Assembly (NCBI GenBank): GCA_033791585.1
Contig: JASJGK010000127.1
Location: 1 to 42,120, forward strand
Source: SAR324 cluster bacterium
GTDB lineage: Bacteria; SAR324; XYD2-FULL-50-16
DNA: 42,120 bases
Direction: 5' to 3'
The notes beneath the pieces are model-generated. The model ran no database searches. It saw only the letters and a list, made by a program, of their open reading frames with translations, and had not been told where the DNA came from. The position numbers were made by a program, and so were the translations under genes. Positions 8,138-17,348 of this stretch are shown here, one piece after another (within the stretch, counting starts at the first letter, position 1; every line of letters begins with the position of its first letter).

Positions 8138-9136
8138 TTATTCAAACTCATCGGCAATAGGCGGAACGTAAACAAGCTCAGTCACTTTGATGGCCTGTTT
8201 GCCCTTATAACTTCCCTGATAACCACGGTATTTTGTAACATCTTCTACTTTAATATCCAGTGGCTGTGCCGCTTCATGGTCTAGATTGATGATGTCGCCA
8301 ATTTGCAGGCGTAAAAAATCTTCCACAGTAATTTCTGTGGACCCTAAGGCAACCAGTAAATCAATTTTAGCCTCGGCTAAGTTGTCACGGAATCTCTTTC
8401 CCCAAACATGATCTTCTTCGTTCTGGTCAGACTGAAAACCTGAATCCAACTTGCCCCTGATAGGTTCTACCATGGAGTAAGGGATGCAAATGGTTAGCAT
8501 CATAGGTGCTTTACCCATTTCCACATCAAAGGTAACCACAACCACAACTTCGGAATGGGGCACAATGGCCACAAACTGGGGGTTGATCTCGGTTCTGGTG
8601 TAAGCTACTTGCAAGGGAAACACAGGTTTCCAAGCATTTTGTAAATCTTCTAAAGCACTAATAACCACACGTTTCACCATCTTTTGCTCGATAGCGGTAA
8701 AGTCACGGCCTTCAGCCTTAACCTCCAATTCGCCTGTTCCACCAAAAAAGATATCAATGAGGGTAAACACAAGACGTGTTTCCAAAACCAAAATAGCATT
8801 ACCACGAAGTGGGTTCATGCGAAATAGGTTCAAACTTGAGGGGACAGGCAACGTTTTCAAAAATTCACCAAACTTAATCAATTCGGTAGAACGCACAGAA
8901 ATATCCACCACCTTTCTTAAAGCAGAAGAAAGGGTAAGGCGGAACATTCTCACAAAACGATCATGGATAATTTCCAAGGTCGGCATTCGACCACGAATAA
9001 TTCTATCCTGACTGGTTAAATCGTAGGGGATGACGGCTTCGGCATCCATATCTGGCATTTCAAAGTCATCATCAGATGACCCGCTAATATCCTTTAACAG
9101 GGAATCGACTTCATCTTGTGAAAGTACCTGAGACAT
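8138..9136 (-). CDS. fliM: Flagellar motor switch protein FliM
   Basis: The N-terminal LSQDEVDSLL CheY-P-binding motif, the middle domain and the C-terminal SpoA/FliN-like domain (LQIGDIINLD...) are all present. I prefer the ATG at 9136 over the TTG at 9166. Confidence 0.88.
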   Translation of the reverse strand: MSQVLSQDEVDSLLKDISGSSDDDFEMPDMDAEAVIPYDLTSQDRIIRGRMPTLEIIHDRFVRMFRLTLSSALRKVVDISVRSTELIKFGEFLKTLPVPSSLNLFRMNPLRGNAILVLETRLVFTLIDIFFGGTGELEVKAEGRDFTAIEQKMVKRVVISALEDLQNAWKPVFPLQVAYTRTEINPQFVAIVPHSEVVVVVTFDVEMGKAPMMLTICIPYSMVEPIRGKLDSGFQSDQNEEDHVWGKRFRDNLAEAKIDLLVALGSTEITVEDFLRLQIGDIINLDHEAAQPLDIKVEDVTKYRGYQGSYKGKQAIKVTELVYVPPIADEFE

Positions 9137-9249
9137 TTTTACCTTTGAAACATTTAATATATTCAAAAAAGAGGAGAGTTTTACCCTTTATTCCTCTTGT
9201 GGAGCTTACTTTAGCTAACTTTAGCCTACATTAGAAAGATTTGCAGGAT

Positions 9250-10704
9250 TTAAGCCATATTAATTATTTGGTCCGCCTGAAAGATGGAAATCATGTTGGT
9301 TGAATGGGGTAGATTGAAAAAATCACCTACTAAAACGATGGTGTCATTCTTTTCAATAATGCCTTTTTTCATACATTCTTCCGTCGCCACCTTAACCCTT
9401 TGCCAGGTTTTTTGTGCCTCTTCCAGTTCAGGGATTAATACTGGGGTAACGCCCCATAAAAAGTTCATTTCCCAAGAGGCACGAGGGACATAAGTCACTG
9501 CCAGTAGGGGGAATGGAGGTCTGTACTTGCTGATCATTCTGGCTGAAAAGCCCGACTTGGTTAGACACAAGATCTTAACCTTTTTAATGTTTTGCCTCTT
9601 TAACTGCTCACATGCCGAGTGAACCAAGTGGCCCATGGTTTCAGCAGTTGCACGGGAGGGAGAATCAAAAAGATCGGCATCTCGAGGTGGCAAGTGAGAT
9701 TCTGAGTTTTTAATGATTCTGTGCATTACTTCCACAGCTTCCACTGGGAAATCCCCACTGGCTGTTTCTGCTGAGAGCATTACACAATCGGCACCATCTT
9801 CAATGGCGTTGTAAACATCAGAAACCTCGGCTCTAGTGGCGATGGGTGCCTTAACCATAGATTCTAGCATCTGGGTGGCCACAATTACAGGCTTACCGAC
9901 GATGTTACAGCGTTTGATCATAGCCTTTTGCACAGGTGGCACTTCTTCAGCCGCCAGCTCAACACCTAAATCCCCACGGGCAACCATAATCCCGTCAGAG
10001 GCTTCTAGGATTTCTTCAAAGTTTGTAACAGCAATAGGGCGTTCTATTTTAGAGATAATCTTGATATCAGGATTACCATAGGTTTCTAAAAGCTGGCGAA
10101 TAGTGTGAACATCATCAGCGCTCCCAACAAAACTAGCAGCAACAAAGGCGGGGTTTAGTTTGGCAATCAGTTTTAGATCGTGTAAATCTTTTTCAGTTGG
10201 AACACGCAAACCCAATTCTGTGTGAGGTAAATTTAAGCCCTTGCGAGTAAAAAGTTCACCGCCTGTGACAACAGTACAATGAATTTCTGTTCCTTCAATC
10301 TTGATCACTTCGACACAAACAATACCGTCATTAATAAAAATCAACTCCCCAGGCTTCACTTCTTGGGGTAAGTTTTTATAGCTTACAGTAACTCTGTCCC
10401 AATCCCCTTCCACTTCTTCTGTCGTTAGTATGAATGGCCCACCACGCCTAACCACTACGCCATCTTTTACAAAGCCGATTCTTAATTTTGGCCCTTGGAT
10501 GTCACAGAGAATGGCAATATTAGGTGCCACTTTTTTGACACGATCAAAGATTTCAGTCTTTCCCCTATCGTCACCATGAGAAAAGTTAATTCTCACGCAG
10601 TTCATACCATTTTTGACCAGTTCAAGAATTTTTTCTTCTGCGTTGGAGGCAGGTCCTAGGGTGCAAAGAATTTTTGATTTGGTGAAGTCGAAGGAGTGTT
10701 TCAT
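9250..10704 (-). CDS. pyk: Pyruvate kinase
   Basis: Motifs ILCTLGPAS, MNCVRINFSHG, DIQGPKLRIG and MVARGDLGVE. 484 aa. Confidence 0.93.
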   Translation of the reverse strand: MKHSFDFTKSKILCTLGPASNAEEKILELVKNGMNCVRINFSHGDDRGKTEIFDRVKKVAPNIAILCDIQGPKLRIGFVKDGVVVRRGGPFILTTEEVEGDWDRVTVSYKNLPQEVKPGELIFINDGIVCVEVIKIEGTEIHCTVVTGGELFTRKGLNLPHTELGLRVPTEKDLHDLKLIAKLNPAFVAASFVGSADDVHTIRQLLETYGNPDIKIISKIERPIAVTNFEEILEASDGIMVARGDLGVELAAEEVPPVQKAMIKRCNIVGKPVIVATQMLESMVKAPIATRAEVSDVYNAIEDGADCVMLSAETASGDFPVEAVEVMHRIIKNSESHLPPRDADLFDSPSRATAETMGHLVHSACEQLKRQNIKKVKILCLTKSGFSARMISKYRPPFPLLAVTYVPRASWEMNFLWGVTPVLIPELEEAQKTWQRVKVATEECMKKGIIEKNDTIVLVGDFFNLPHSTNMISIFQADQIINMA

Positions 10705-10724
10705 GGGTCAAGTCTCAATTGGGT

Positions 10725-11147
10725 TTAGTCCTTATTTTCTTTGATTTTTTCAAAGGTGTCATGCATTTTCTGGCTGTGGCTTTGTAAATTTTGTAACCAC
10801 TGGCCTAGGCCTGAGTCAAGGCTCTGCGGTGGGAGCGAATTGGCAAGCTTTTTTAACTGTAAAAAAAGAAATTCATAATTTTCAGCTTGCTCAAAGAAGA
10901 GGAAATCTGAAGTTGCGGCTTGGGGGGCATTATCTGAAAGCAGGTCACTTAAACCTTCTTCAACATAACAATGAACCCATCTGCTCAATTGCTCTTCTGT
11001 GATATTCAACTCCTTGGCAACCATGGCTTTATTGGCTGTTTTAGCGAATAAAATCAAAGCTTCAAGCTTGAGTCTGTGATCGGGGTGGCCCTGTCTGGCC
11101 ATCTCCATCTGCATAAGTTCAATTTCACTTTCGCTAAACTGGCTCAT
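10725..11147 (-). CDS. Hypothetical helix-turn-helix domain protein
   Basis: The segment AKTANKAMVAKELNITEEQLSRWVHCYVEEGLSDL looks like an HTH. The rest has no recognisable family. Confidence 0.5.
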   Translation of the reverse strand: MSQFSESEIELMQMEMARQGHPDHRLKLEALILFAKTANKAMVAKELNITEEQLSRWVHCYVEEGLSDLLSDNAPQAATSDFLFFEQAENYEFLFLQLKKLANSLPPQSLDSGLGQWLQNLQSHSQKMHDTFEKIKENKD

Positions 11148-11339
11148 ACAAAACTATCAGACGATTTGAATATTATAGGGGTGTTCTGCGGGCGGGGGCT
11201 GTTTATTTTCTGTGAAAGCTTTTGCTTTGCTTAACTAAATAAACCTTTCCAATCTTTTCTATTTTAATCTATTTCAACTACTTCTTAAGCCTAAAACGTA
11301 AAAAATCTAAATGGAGGTGAGATAAAAAACATTCCAGTT

Positions 11340-11372
11340 AGAAATTAATTGAACCTCAGGGTAGAGGTTCAA
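11340..11372 (-). terminator. Putative rho-independent terminator after the cytochrome c gene
   Basis: 9-bp stem ttgaacctc/gaggttcaa (11349-11372) with a 6-nt loop, followed on the minus strand by ttaatttct. Confidence 0.5.
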
Positions 11373-11396
11373 CCAAAATTACAGTTATATTCTCAA

Positions 11397-11714
11397 TTAA
11401 AGAGAAGAAATGTAAGATGCAACTGCTTCAACTTGCTCAGCACTTAAGCTACGAGCAAAAGGAATCATTTCTTTTGATCTGTTGCTACTACGAGCAGCAG
11501 ACTGGAATGCTTGCAGTTGACCTACGATATAATCTTTGTGCTGACCCGCAAGTTTTGGGTATGCACCGCTTACAGTAGTTTTAGCATCTACACCGTGACA
11601 AGATGTACAGCCCTTGCGGTTAAAAATTCTTTTTCCGTCTTCAGCCATCACAGGTGCTGCGGTCATAAGGACCAGCGCCATAGAGGGCAGCATGATTCGC
11701 ATAAGCTTTTTCAT
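11397..11714 (-). CDS. Class I c-type cytochrome (monohaem, periplasmic)
   Basis: Signal peptide MKKLMRIMLPSMALVLMTAAPVMA, a CTSCHG haem-binding motif and a distal Met region. I prefer the ATG at 11714 over the longer ORF-track start. Confidence 0.82.
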   Translation of the reverse strand: MKKLMRIMLPSMALVLMTAAPVMAEDGKRIFNRKGCTSCHGVDAKTTVSGAYPKLAGQHKDYIVGQLQAFQSAARSSNRSKEMIPFARSLSAEQVEAVASYISSL

Positions 11715-12008
11715 GTTAATTTTCCCTTTTTTGTAGTTATTCATTGTTACGGTTTTGTAATCAAGCTTGCTATCTTGATACAAAAGGTACTTGTGATATA
11801 TAGAGTTTAAAAGCCTTTGGCAAATTTTTTTTTAACTATTCGACCTTTTTTAACTTTTTAAATTTGAATAGGAGAATTTACCTGCGGGACTTCAGTTTGG
11901 TAGGTTGTGTAGGTCTGATTACGGAAAACCCCTTTAGCTGCATTTTTGGCCTATTATATAGACAAAGAAATTAGACAAAAGGTGAGTTTTACTATTTTAG
12001 GTGAGAAA

Positions 12009-12047
12009 GAAAAAAAGGGGGGCCTCTGCCTTGCAAAAAAGCAGAGG
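12009..12047 (-). terminator. Rho-independent terminator after the MCP gene
   Basis: Stem cctctgc/gcagagg (12023-12047). On the minus strand the stem is followed by cccccctttttttc. Confidence 0.65.
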
Positions 12048-12079
12048 ATTGCTAAGAGAGTGTAAAAAAACAAAAAGCT

Positions 12080-13747
12080 TTAAGAGATACCAGCTTGATT
12101 TAAGATGGTAGTGTATTCCTTGTCCGTTTTTTGGATGTGTTCCACTAACCATGATTTTAAGATCTTTAATAGGTCATCAACTGTGGATTTTCCTTTTTTA
12201 AAATCCTCTAAAAAGGCACCGACGCCATCTAAGAAAGCCACATGCACTTGCTTGTGAGCTGCGAAGTTTTGGTAGTTACCTTTGACCATCAAATCTTCTT
12301 CATAGTTAAAGTGAGCTACCGTGTAGTTCACCAAGGCATCTAGTAGGTCATCGAAATCTGTGACAGCCCTTTTTTCTTCGTTCGCTTGGTGAATCATGTT
12401 GATAAATTTAACCAAGCAGGCATGTTGGTCATCAATTTCAGCAATATTCACGCTAAAGGTGGAATCCCAAACAATCAATTCAGGTTGTGTTTTGATTTCA
12501 GTTAGGTTCAACTCATCAATAATCTTTTCAAGGTATTCTGTTGCTCTGGCCAAGGTTTTAGTCCCTGCAAAAGAGCAATCCACAACCTGCTGTAATTCGT
12601 TCAAGTGAACCAAGTTACTTTCGCCACTAGAGCTAATTTCATGGGTCATCTGGGCTATTTCCTGGATGCCCTTTTCTTGTTCGTCCATGCCACTGCTTAA
12701 AGACTGCATTTCTGTAGAGATACTACGTACCTGAGACACAATCTCACTTAAATCCGTACCCACTTGGTTAACGACTTTTGTCCCTTGGGCCACTTCTTTT
12801 TGGCTGGTGTCAATCAACTGGTTGATCTCACTTGCAGCAGCGTTACACCTGCCAGCTAAGGTTCGCACTTCATCAGCAACCACAGCAAAACCCTTACCAT
12901 GTTCGCCAGCCTTGGCTGATTCAATGGCAGCATTCAAGCTGAGTAAGTTGGTTTGGTTTGCAATTTCAGAAATGGTGGTTACTATTCTACTGATCTCATG
13001 GCTGCCCTTTTCAATGGTTTTCATTGTTTGGATTGCAGTCTCTACACTTCTACTACCAGTAGTGGTCTTTTGTTCTGCGCCACCAGTTAGCTCTTCCATA
13101 GTGTGGAGTTGCTTAGCAATTTCCTTGGTGGTTTCAGTAATTTCTTGCAGAGCCGTGGAAGATTGGGCAATGGCCTGGAAGTCCCTGTTGCTATTTTCTG
13201 AAATTTTAGCCGTGTTGTTGGATATACATTTCGAGTTGATCGAAAAAATCTTACTTGAAAGATCCAATCTTTCATTTTGCTCAAGCAGATCCTTGACAAT
13301 TTTTTCTGTGCGAGCAAAGTGGGCATCTAGCAATTTGTCTAGTTCTGCCACTTCTCCAGTACAGCCAAAAGAGCTATGACCATCGTCTTCACCACCGGTG
13401 ACAGCGATTTTTAATTTAGCTCTAAAACTACCTAGCGGCCCTGTAATGCTGCTGGAGACAAAAAAGGTCAACAAGCCAACACCTGCTAGGCCTGCAATAA
13501 AGCTGAAGATCAAATAGACTTCAGATTTATGTGCCAATTCCTCTAAAAGCTCTTCTTCTTGGGCTTGTAGCTTGAGTAATTCTTGGGGAACTAAATTGTC
13601 TGACCGTAGCTTTTCGGTGAAAGCTTTATCTAGAGTGGCATGACTTTCATTGAGTCCACTAATTGAGATAAATGCCAAAGAAATGGGGGTAAGCAGTAGG
13701 GCAGTGATAAGGACTGCGATAAACAGAAGTTTATTATTGGACGACAT
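12080..13747 (-). CDS. Methyl-accepting chemotaxis protein with a C-terminal bacteriohemerythrin domain
   Basis: N-terminal TM hairpin and a canonical MCP tip ([36 protein letters not shown]). The C-terminal ~135 aa carry the hemerythrin ligand pattern: DDQH, HFNYEE (HxxxE), HKQVH (HxxxH) and HIQKTD (HxxxxD). Confidence 0.9.
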   Translation of the reverse strand: MSSNNKLLFIAVLITALLLTPISLAFISISGLNESHATLDKAFTEKLRSDNLVPQELLKLQAQEEELLEELAHKSEVYLIFSFIAGLAGVGLLTFFVSSSITGPLGSFRAKLKIAVTGGEDDGHSSFGCTGEVAELDKLLDAHFARTEKIVKDLLEQNERLDLSSKIFSINSKCISNNTAKISENSNRDFQAIAQSSTALQEITETTKEIAKQLHTMEELTGGAEQKTTTGSRSVETAIQTMKTIEKGSHEISRIVTTISEIANQTNLLSLNAAIESAKAGEHGKGFAVVADEVRTLAGRCNAAASEINQLIDTSQKEVAQGTKVVNQVGTDLSEIVSQVRSISTEMQSLSSGMDEQEKGIQEIAQMTHEISSSGESNLVHLNELQQVVDCSFAGTKTLARATEYLEKIIDELNLTEIKTQPELIVWDSTFSVNIAEIDDQHACLVKFINMIHQANEEKRAVTDFDDLLDALVNYTVAHFNYEEDLMVKGNYQNFAAHKQVHVAFLDGVGAFLEDFKKGKSTVDDLLKILKSWLVEHIQKTDKEYTTILNQAGIS

Positions 13748-13818
13748 TAGACTCCATCTAACTTTTTTTTAAGTAATTGGTAATGACATTTACCGCATAA
13801 TCAAAGGGTTTGCAAGTT

Positions 13819-15207
13819 CTATGAACCATAAATGTAATGGGGCAACCAAGTCACTATTTCGGGGAAAAGGGCCAGAAGCCCCATAACTAAGATTTGAATG
13901 GCGATAAAGGGGATCACGCCTTGGTAAATTTCTTTTGTTGAAATGTGATCTGGGGCAACTCCACGGAGGTAAAAAAGGGCAAATCCAAAGGGAGGGGTTA
14001 AGAAGCTGGTTTGCAAGTTCATGGCGATCATAATGCCCAGCCAAATGGGGTCGAGGCCCATCATTAATAAGATGGGGCCAACGATAGGAACAACGACGAA
14101 GGTTATCTCGAAAAAATCTAAGAAAAAGCCCAAGATAAAAATAACCAACATCACCAACAGAAATGCCGCTACCACGCCACCAGGCAGGTTCTGCAAATAC
14201 CTAGCTATAACCTCATCGCCACCGAGGCCCCGAAAGACCAAAGAAAACATGGAAGACCCAATGAGAATGATAAAAACCATGGCGTTGATTTGTACCACCT
14301 TATCCAAAACACTTTTCAGAATTTCTTTTTTTAATTGTCCCTTGATTTTAGTCAAGATGATAGCGCCGATACAACCGACGGAAGCGGCTTCCGTTGGCGT
14401 TGCCATGCCTGCGAGGATGCTACCTAAAACCCCCATAATCAAAAGCAGTGGCGGGATTAAAACCTGCAAGACTCGCAAAAACATGCCATCACTATAGGCT
14501 TTTTCAACTTCAGCAGCAGGTATGGCAGGCGCTAAATTGGGATTAAAGTAAGAAGCGACTAGGATATAGATAATATAACAGCCAACCAAAACAAAACCAG
14601 GAAACAAGGCCCCTAAAAAAAGGTCGCCCACACTAACTGAGCCTGGGGCAAAGTTACCTAAGTTCAGTTGGGCTTGCTGGTAGGCGGAACTAATCACATC
14701 ACCTAAAAGCACCAGAATAATACTTGGGGGGATGATTTGGCCCAAGGTGCCCGAGGCGCAAATGATGCCTGCCGAAAAACTGGGTTTGTAGTTGTAGCGC
14801 AACATAACAGGCAGAGAGATTAAACCCATGGTCACTACTGTGGCCCCCACAATGCCAGTGGAAGCGGCCAGCAAAGCGCCGACTAAAAAGATGGAAACGC
14901 CAATGCCACCCTTGATCTGCCCAAAGAGTAGGCCCAAGGTGGTGAGCAATTCTTCAGAGATCTTTGAACGCTCTAACATGACCCCCATAAAAATAAACAG
15001 GGGCACGGCGATTAGGGTTTGGTTCCCCATGATACCGTAGATTCTAGCGGGCAGGGCTGAAAAAAAAGAGATGTCAAAAAGGCCAATTGAAAAAGCGAAA
15101 CCACCAAAAGCCAAGGCAGAGCCAGCTAAACTAAAGGCTACAGGGTAGCCTAGCAGTAGTATGCCTATGGCCAAGACAAACATCAAAAGGGGAAAGGCTT
15201 CAAACAT
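13819..15207 (-). CDS. TRAP transporter large permease subunit (DctM family)
   Basis: 462-aa polytopic membrane protein with DctM-like sequence. It overlaps the upstream small-subunit gene by 8 nt. Confidence 0.88.
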   Translation of the reverse strand: MFEAFPLLMFVLAIGILLLGYPVAFSLAGSALAFGGFAFSIGLFDISFFSALPARIYGIMGNQTLIAVPLFIFMGVMLERSKISEELLTTLGLLFGQIKGGIGVSIFLVGALLAASTGIVGATVVTMGLISLPVMLRYNYKPSFSAGIICASGTLGQIIPPSIILVLLGDVISSAYQQAQLNLGNFAPGSVSVGDLFLGALFPGFVLVGCYIIYILVASYFNPNLAPAIPAAEVEKAYSDGMFLRVLQVLIPPLLLIMGVLGSILAGMATPTEAASVGCIGAIILTKIKGQLKKEILKSVLDKVVQINAMVFIILIGSSMFSLVFRGLGGDEVIARYLQNLPGGVVAAFLLVMLVIFILGFFLDFFEITFVVVPIVGPILLMMGLDPIWLGIMIAMNLQTSFLTPPFGFALFYLRGVAPDHISTKEIYQGVIPFIAIQILVMGLLALFPEIVTWLPHYIYGS

Positions 15208-15751
15208 CTGGCCCGACCTGCTTTGTGGTTTGTGTTTGAAGGTCGCCTGACTTTTTAATGATCTCTACGGCTTTAATGATTTCACTAACGCCCTGCAAAA
15301 ATAAGAGGGTGGGGAAGATGATCACCAAGGATTTTACAATATAAACCCCACCAAGGCCCCCCGTTTCTTTGGAGCCTTCAAAGACAGCCCAAGAATTGGC
15401 GACATATTCAAAGCCATAAAACCAAATCAAAAAACAAAAGGGGAACAACAAAAGACTGGTGCCAATGATATTGACCTTGGCTTTTTTGGCCTCACTTAAA
15501 GGCTGGTAGAGGATGTCTACCCGCACATGTTCATTGTTAAGAAGGGTGTAGGCGGCGGCAAGCATAAAACTAGCGCCATGCATATAGCTGACAGAATCTT
15601 GAATCCAGACCCAACCGAGGTTAAAAAAATAGCGCAAGATGACCACAATAAAGGTCACAATCGCCATTGCTAAAATCAACCAGCCGGCGAAATCGCCCAT
15701 TTTTTTATTGGTCTCGTCTATGTAGCGAGAAATGCGAAGCAAATGGGCCAT
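15200..15751 (-). CDS. TRAP transporter small permease subunit (DctQ family)
   Basis: 183 aa with 4 predicted TM segments, located between the TRAP binding-protein and large-permease genes. TAATG stop/start overlap with the upstream gene. Confidence 0.8.
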   Translation of the reverse strand: MAHLLRISRYIDETNKKMGDFAGWLILAMAIVTFIVVILRYFFNLGWVWIQDSVSYMHGASFMLAAAYTLLNNEHVRVDILYQPLSEAKKAKVNIIGTSLLLFPFCFLIWFYGFEYVANSWAVFEGSKETGGLGGVYIVKSLVIIFPTLLFLQGVSEIIKAVEIIKKSGDLQTQTTKQVGPDV

Positions 15752-16875
15752 TAGCCTTTAAAGGTCAAAGAGCGGGCTAAGCTAAAGCCAGTTTCTGCAA
15801 TTTCATCCCACCCAACAGCGGCATCACGAAAGCCATTAAAGGAGGCGTAAACCTTTTTAGAAAAGGCATCCCTTGCGCCTAATTCTTCTACCACTTTCTG
15901 GCTAATCACACCTAATTTCTCTAAAGATTCATCACTGAATTTACGTAAGTTCACCTTGTGGGTTTTTACTAGTGTGATCAGGGCTTGGTTGTTCTTGGCA
16001 TTAAATTCTGTGAGCATCTGGTCCATAGCCATTCGGCATGCGGCACGGATGATCTCTTGTAAATCACTAGGCAGACCTTCATAGGTTGTTTTATTCACAA
16101 AGGCTTCTAGAATAGTCCCTGGCTCATGCCAACCTGGCCAGTAATAATACTTGGCAATTTTGTGGAAACCAAAAGCTAAGTCGTTGTATGGCCCAACCCA
16201 CTCTGTGGCATCAATGGCCCCCGTTTGTAGGGATTGGAAAATCTCACCACCAGGTAGGCTTACAGGGGTCGCCCCAAGCTCGCTAATCACCTCGGCACCA
16301 AGGCCAGGCATGCGCATTTTTAAGCCTTTAAAGTCTTTTAGCTCGTTGATTTCTCGGTTGAACCAACCACCCATCTGGGCACCTGTGTTGCCAGCGGCAA
16401 AGGGTTTGAGATTGAAATCGCTATAGGCTTGGTCCCAGAGTTCTTGGCCACCGCCGTGATTCATCCAGCCACCCATTTCTAAAGCTGTGAGGCCAAAGGG
16501 GACAGAAGAGAAAAATTGAAAGGTCGGGTTTTTCCCTTTCCAGTAGTAAGGGGAGCCGTGGCCCATTTCAGCCGTGCCCTTGGAAACGGCATCAAAGCAC
16601 TCAAAAGCAGGGACAAGTTCACCAGCGCCGTAAACCTTGACTTCGATCCGACCGCCAGACATTTTGGTGATGGTTTCAGCTAAAAAGTTGGCACCTGTGC
16701 CCAGAGCGGGGAAGTTTTTGGGCCAAGTTGTGACCATCTTCCACTTTAAGGTTTTTTGGGTGTGAACCGCAGGTGCGCCTATCTTTGATTCTTCGCCTTT
16801 TTTCTCACAACCAGCAAGCGCAACCGCTGCTGCAGCGGCACCAAGGCCTGCCTTTACAAAATGTCTACGTTCCAT
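15751..16875 (-). CDS. TRAP transporter substrate-binding protein (DctP/family-7 SBP), probable Tat-signal lipoprotein
   Basis: MERRHFVKAGLGAAAAAVALAGC has a twin-Arg-like motif plus an LAGC lipobox. The mature part has SBP-family-7-like sequence. First gene of a three-gene TRAP operon. Confidence 0.85.
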   Translation of the reverse strand: MERRHFVKAGLGAAAAAVALAGCEKKGEESKIGAPAVHTQKTLKWKMVTTWPKNFPALGTGANFLAETITKMSGGRIEVKVYGAGELVPAFECFDAVSKGTAEMGHGSPYYWKGKNPTFQFFSSVPFGLTALEMGGWMNHGGGQELWDQAYSDFNLKPFAAGNTGAQMGGWFNREINELKDFKGLKMRMPGLGAEVISELGATPVSLPGGEIFQSLQTGAIDATEWVGPYNDLAFGFHKIAKYYYWPGWHEPGTILEAFVNKTTYEGLPSDLQEIIRAACRMAMDQMLTEFNAKNNQALITLVKTHKVNLRKFSDESLEKLGVISQKVVEELGARDAFSKKVYASFNGFRDAAVGWDEIAETGFSLARSLTFKG

Positions 16876-17076
16876 CGTTCGCTTCCCTTTTTCCCTTAAT
16901 CTTTTTTGCTCAACCTAAAACTTAGTCTCAGGTCCGTTTTGTAAAAGGCTACCTTGATTCTTAGATTTGATAAAGAGGTTTGTTTTCTTTTAACTAGACA
17001 CCCAAAAACCATTTTTATTGCCTTTACAAGGGCAAAAGCATTAAAATAAATTTCAAATACCCTAGTAGGAGAAAAA

Positions 17077-17307
17077 ATGGCTTGGGAAAAAGAACCACAA
17101 AAAATGAAATTTGAAGCAGGCAAAAAGGTTTTATTCTGCGCCTGTGGGAAATCAGAAAAGGGTGCCATCTGTGACGGGCGTCACAAGGGCACAGGGATAG
17201 AACCTGAAATTAGAAACTTTGAAGTAGAAAAAGAATTGCTCGTTTGCCGCTGTGGGCAGAGCAACTTGTTTCCCTTTTGTGATGGTGGTCACCAGACCTT
17301 ACAATAG
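17077..17307 (+). CDS. CDGSH-type iron-sulfur domain protein (two CDGSH motifs)
   Basis: CACGKSEKGAICDGRHK and CRCGQSNLFPFCDGGHQ are two C-x-C-x2-(S/T)-x3-P-x-C-D-G-(S/A/T)-H-like motifs. GGAGAA RBS upstream. Confidence 0.85.
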   Translation: MAWEKEPQKMKFEAGKKVLFCACGKSEKGAICDGRHKGTGIEPEIRNFEVEKELLVCRCGQSNLFPFCDGGHQTLQ

Positions 17308-17348
17308 AAGGCTAGCTACGTTAGAAGATTGGTTGACAAATGAGGCGT

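Noticed and set aside
9164-9198. Possible terminator after pyk (aagagga ... tcctctt + ttttg on the minus strand)
   Set aside because: The stem is 7 bp but the loop is 16 nt and the U-tract is short. It lies only about 30 nt before the fliM start. This is too weak to annotate without 3'-end data.
10725-11147. An HTH protein that could be a transposase N-terminal fragment or IS remnant
   Set aside because: There is no DDE or other catalytic domain, and no terminal inverted repeats or target duplications around it. I kept it as a generic HTH protein, not a mobile element.
12807-13379. 190-aa plus-strand ORF inside the MCP gene
   Set aside because: It is antisense to a gene with unambiguous MCP motifs. 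The composition is hydrophobic and low complexity, with no independent support.
14021-14497. 158-aa plus-strand ORF inside the TRAP large permease gene
   Set aside because: It is antisense to a clear DctM-family permease. The K/T/P-rich translation is typical of the reverse frame of a membrane-protein gene.
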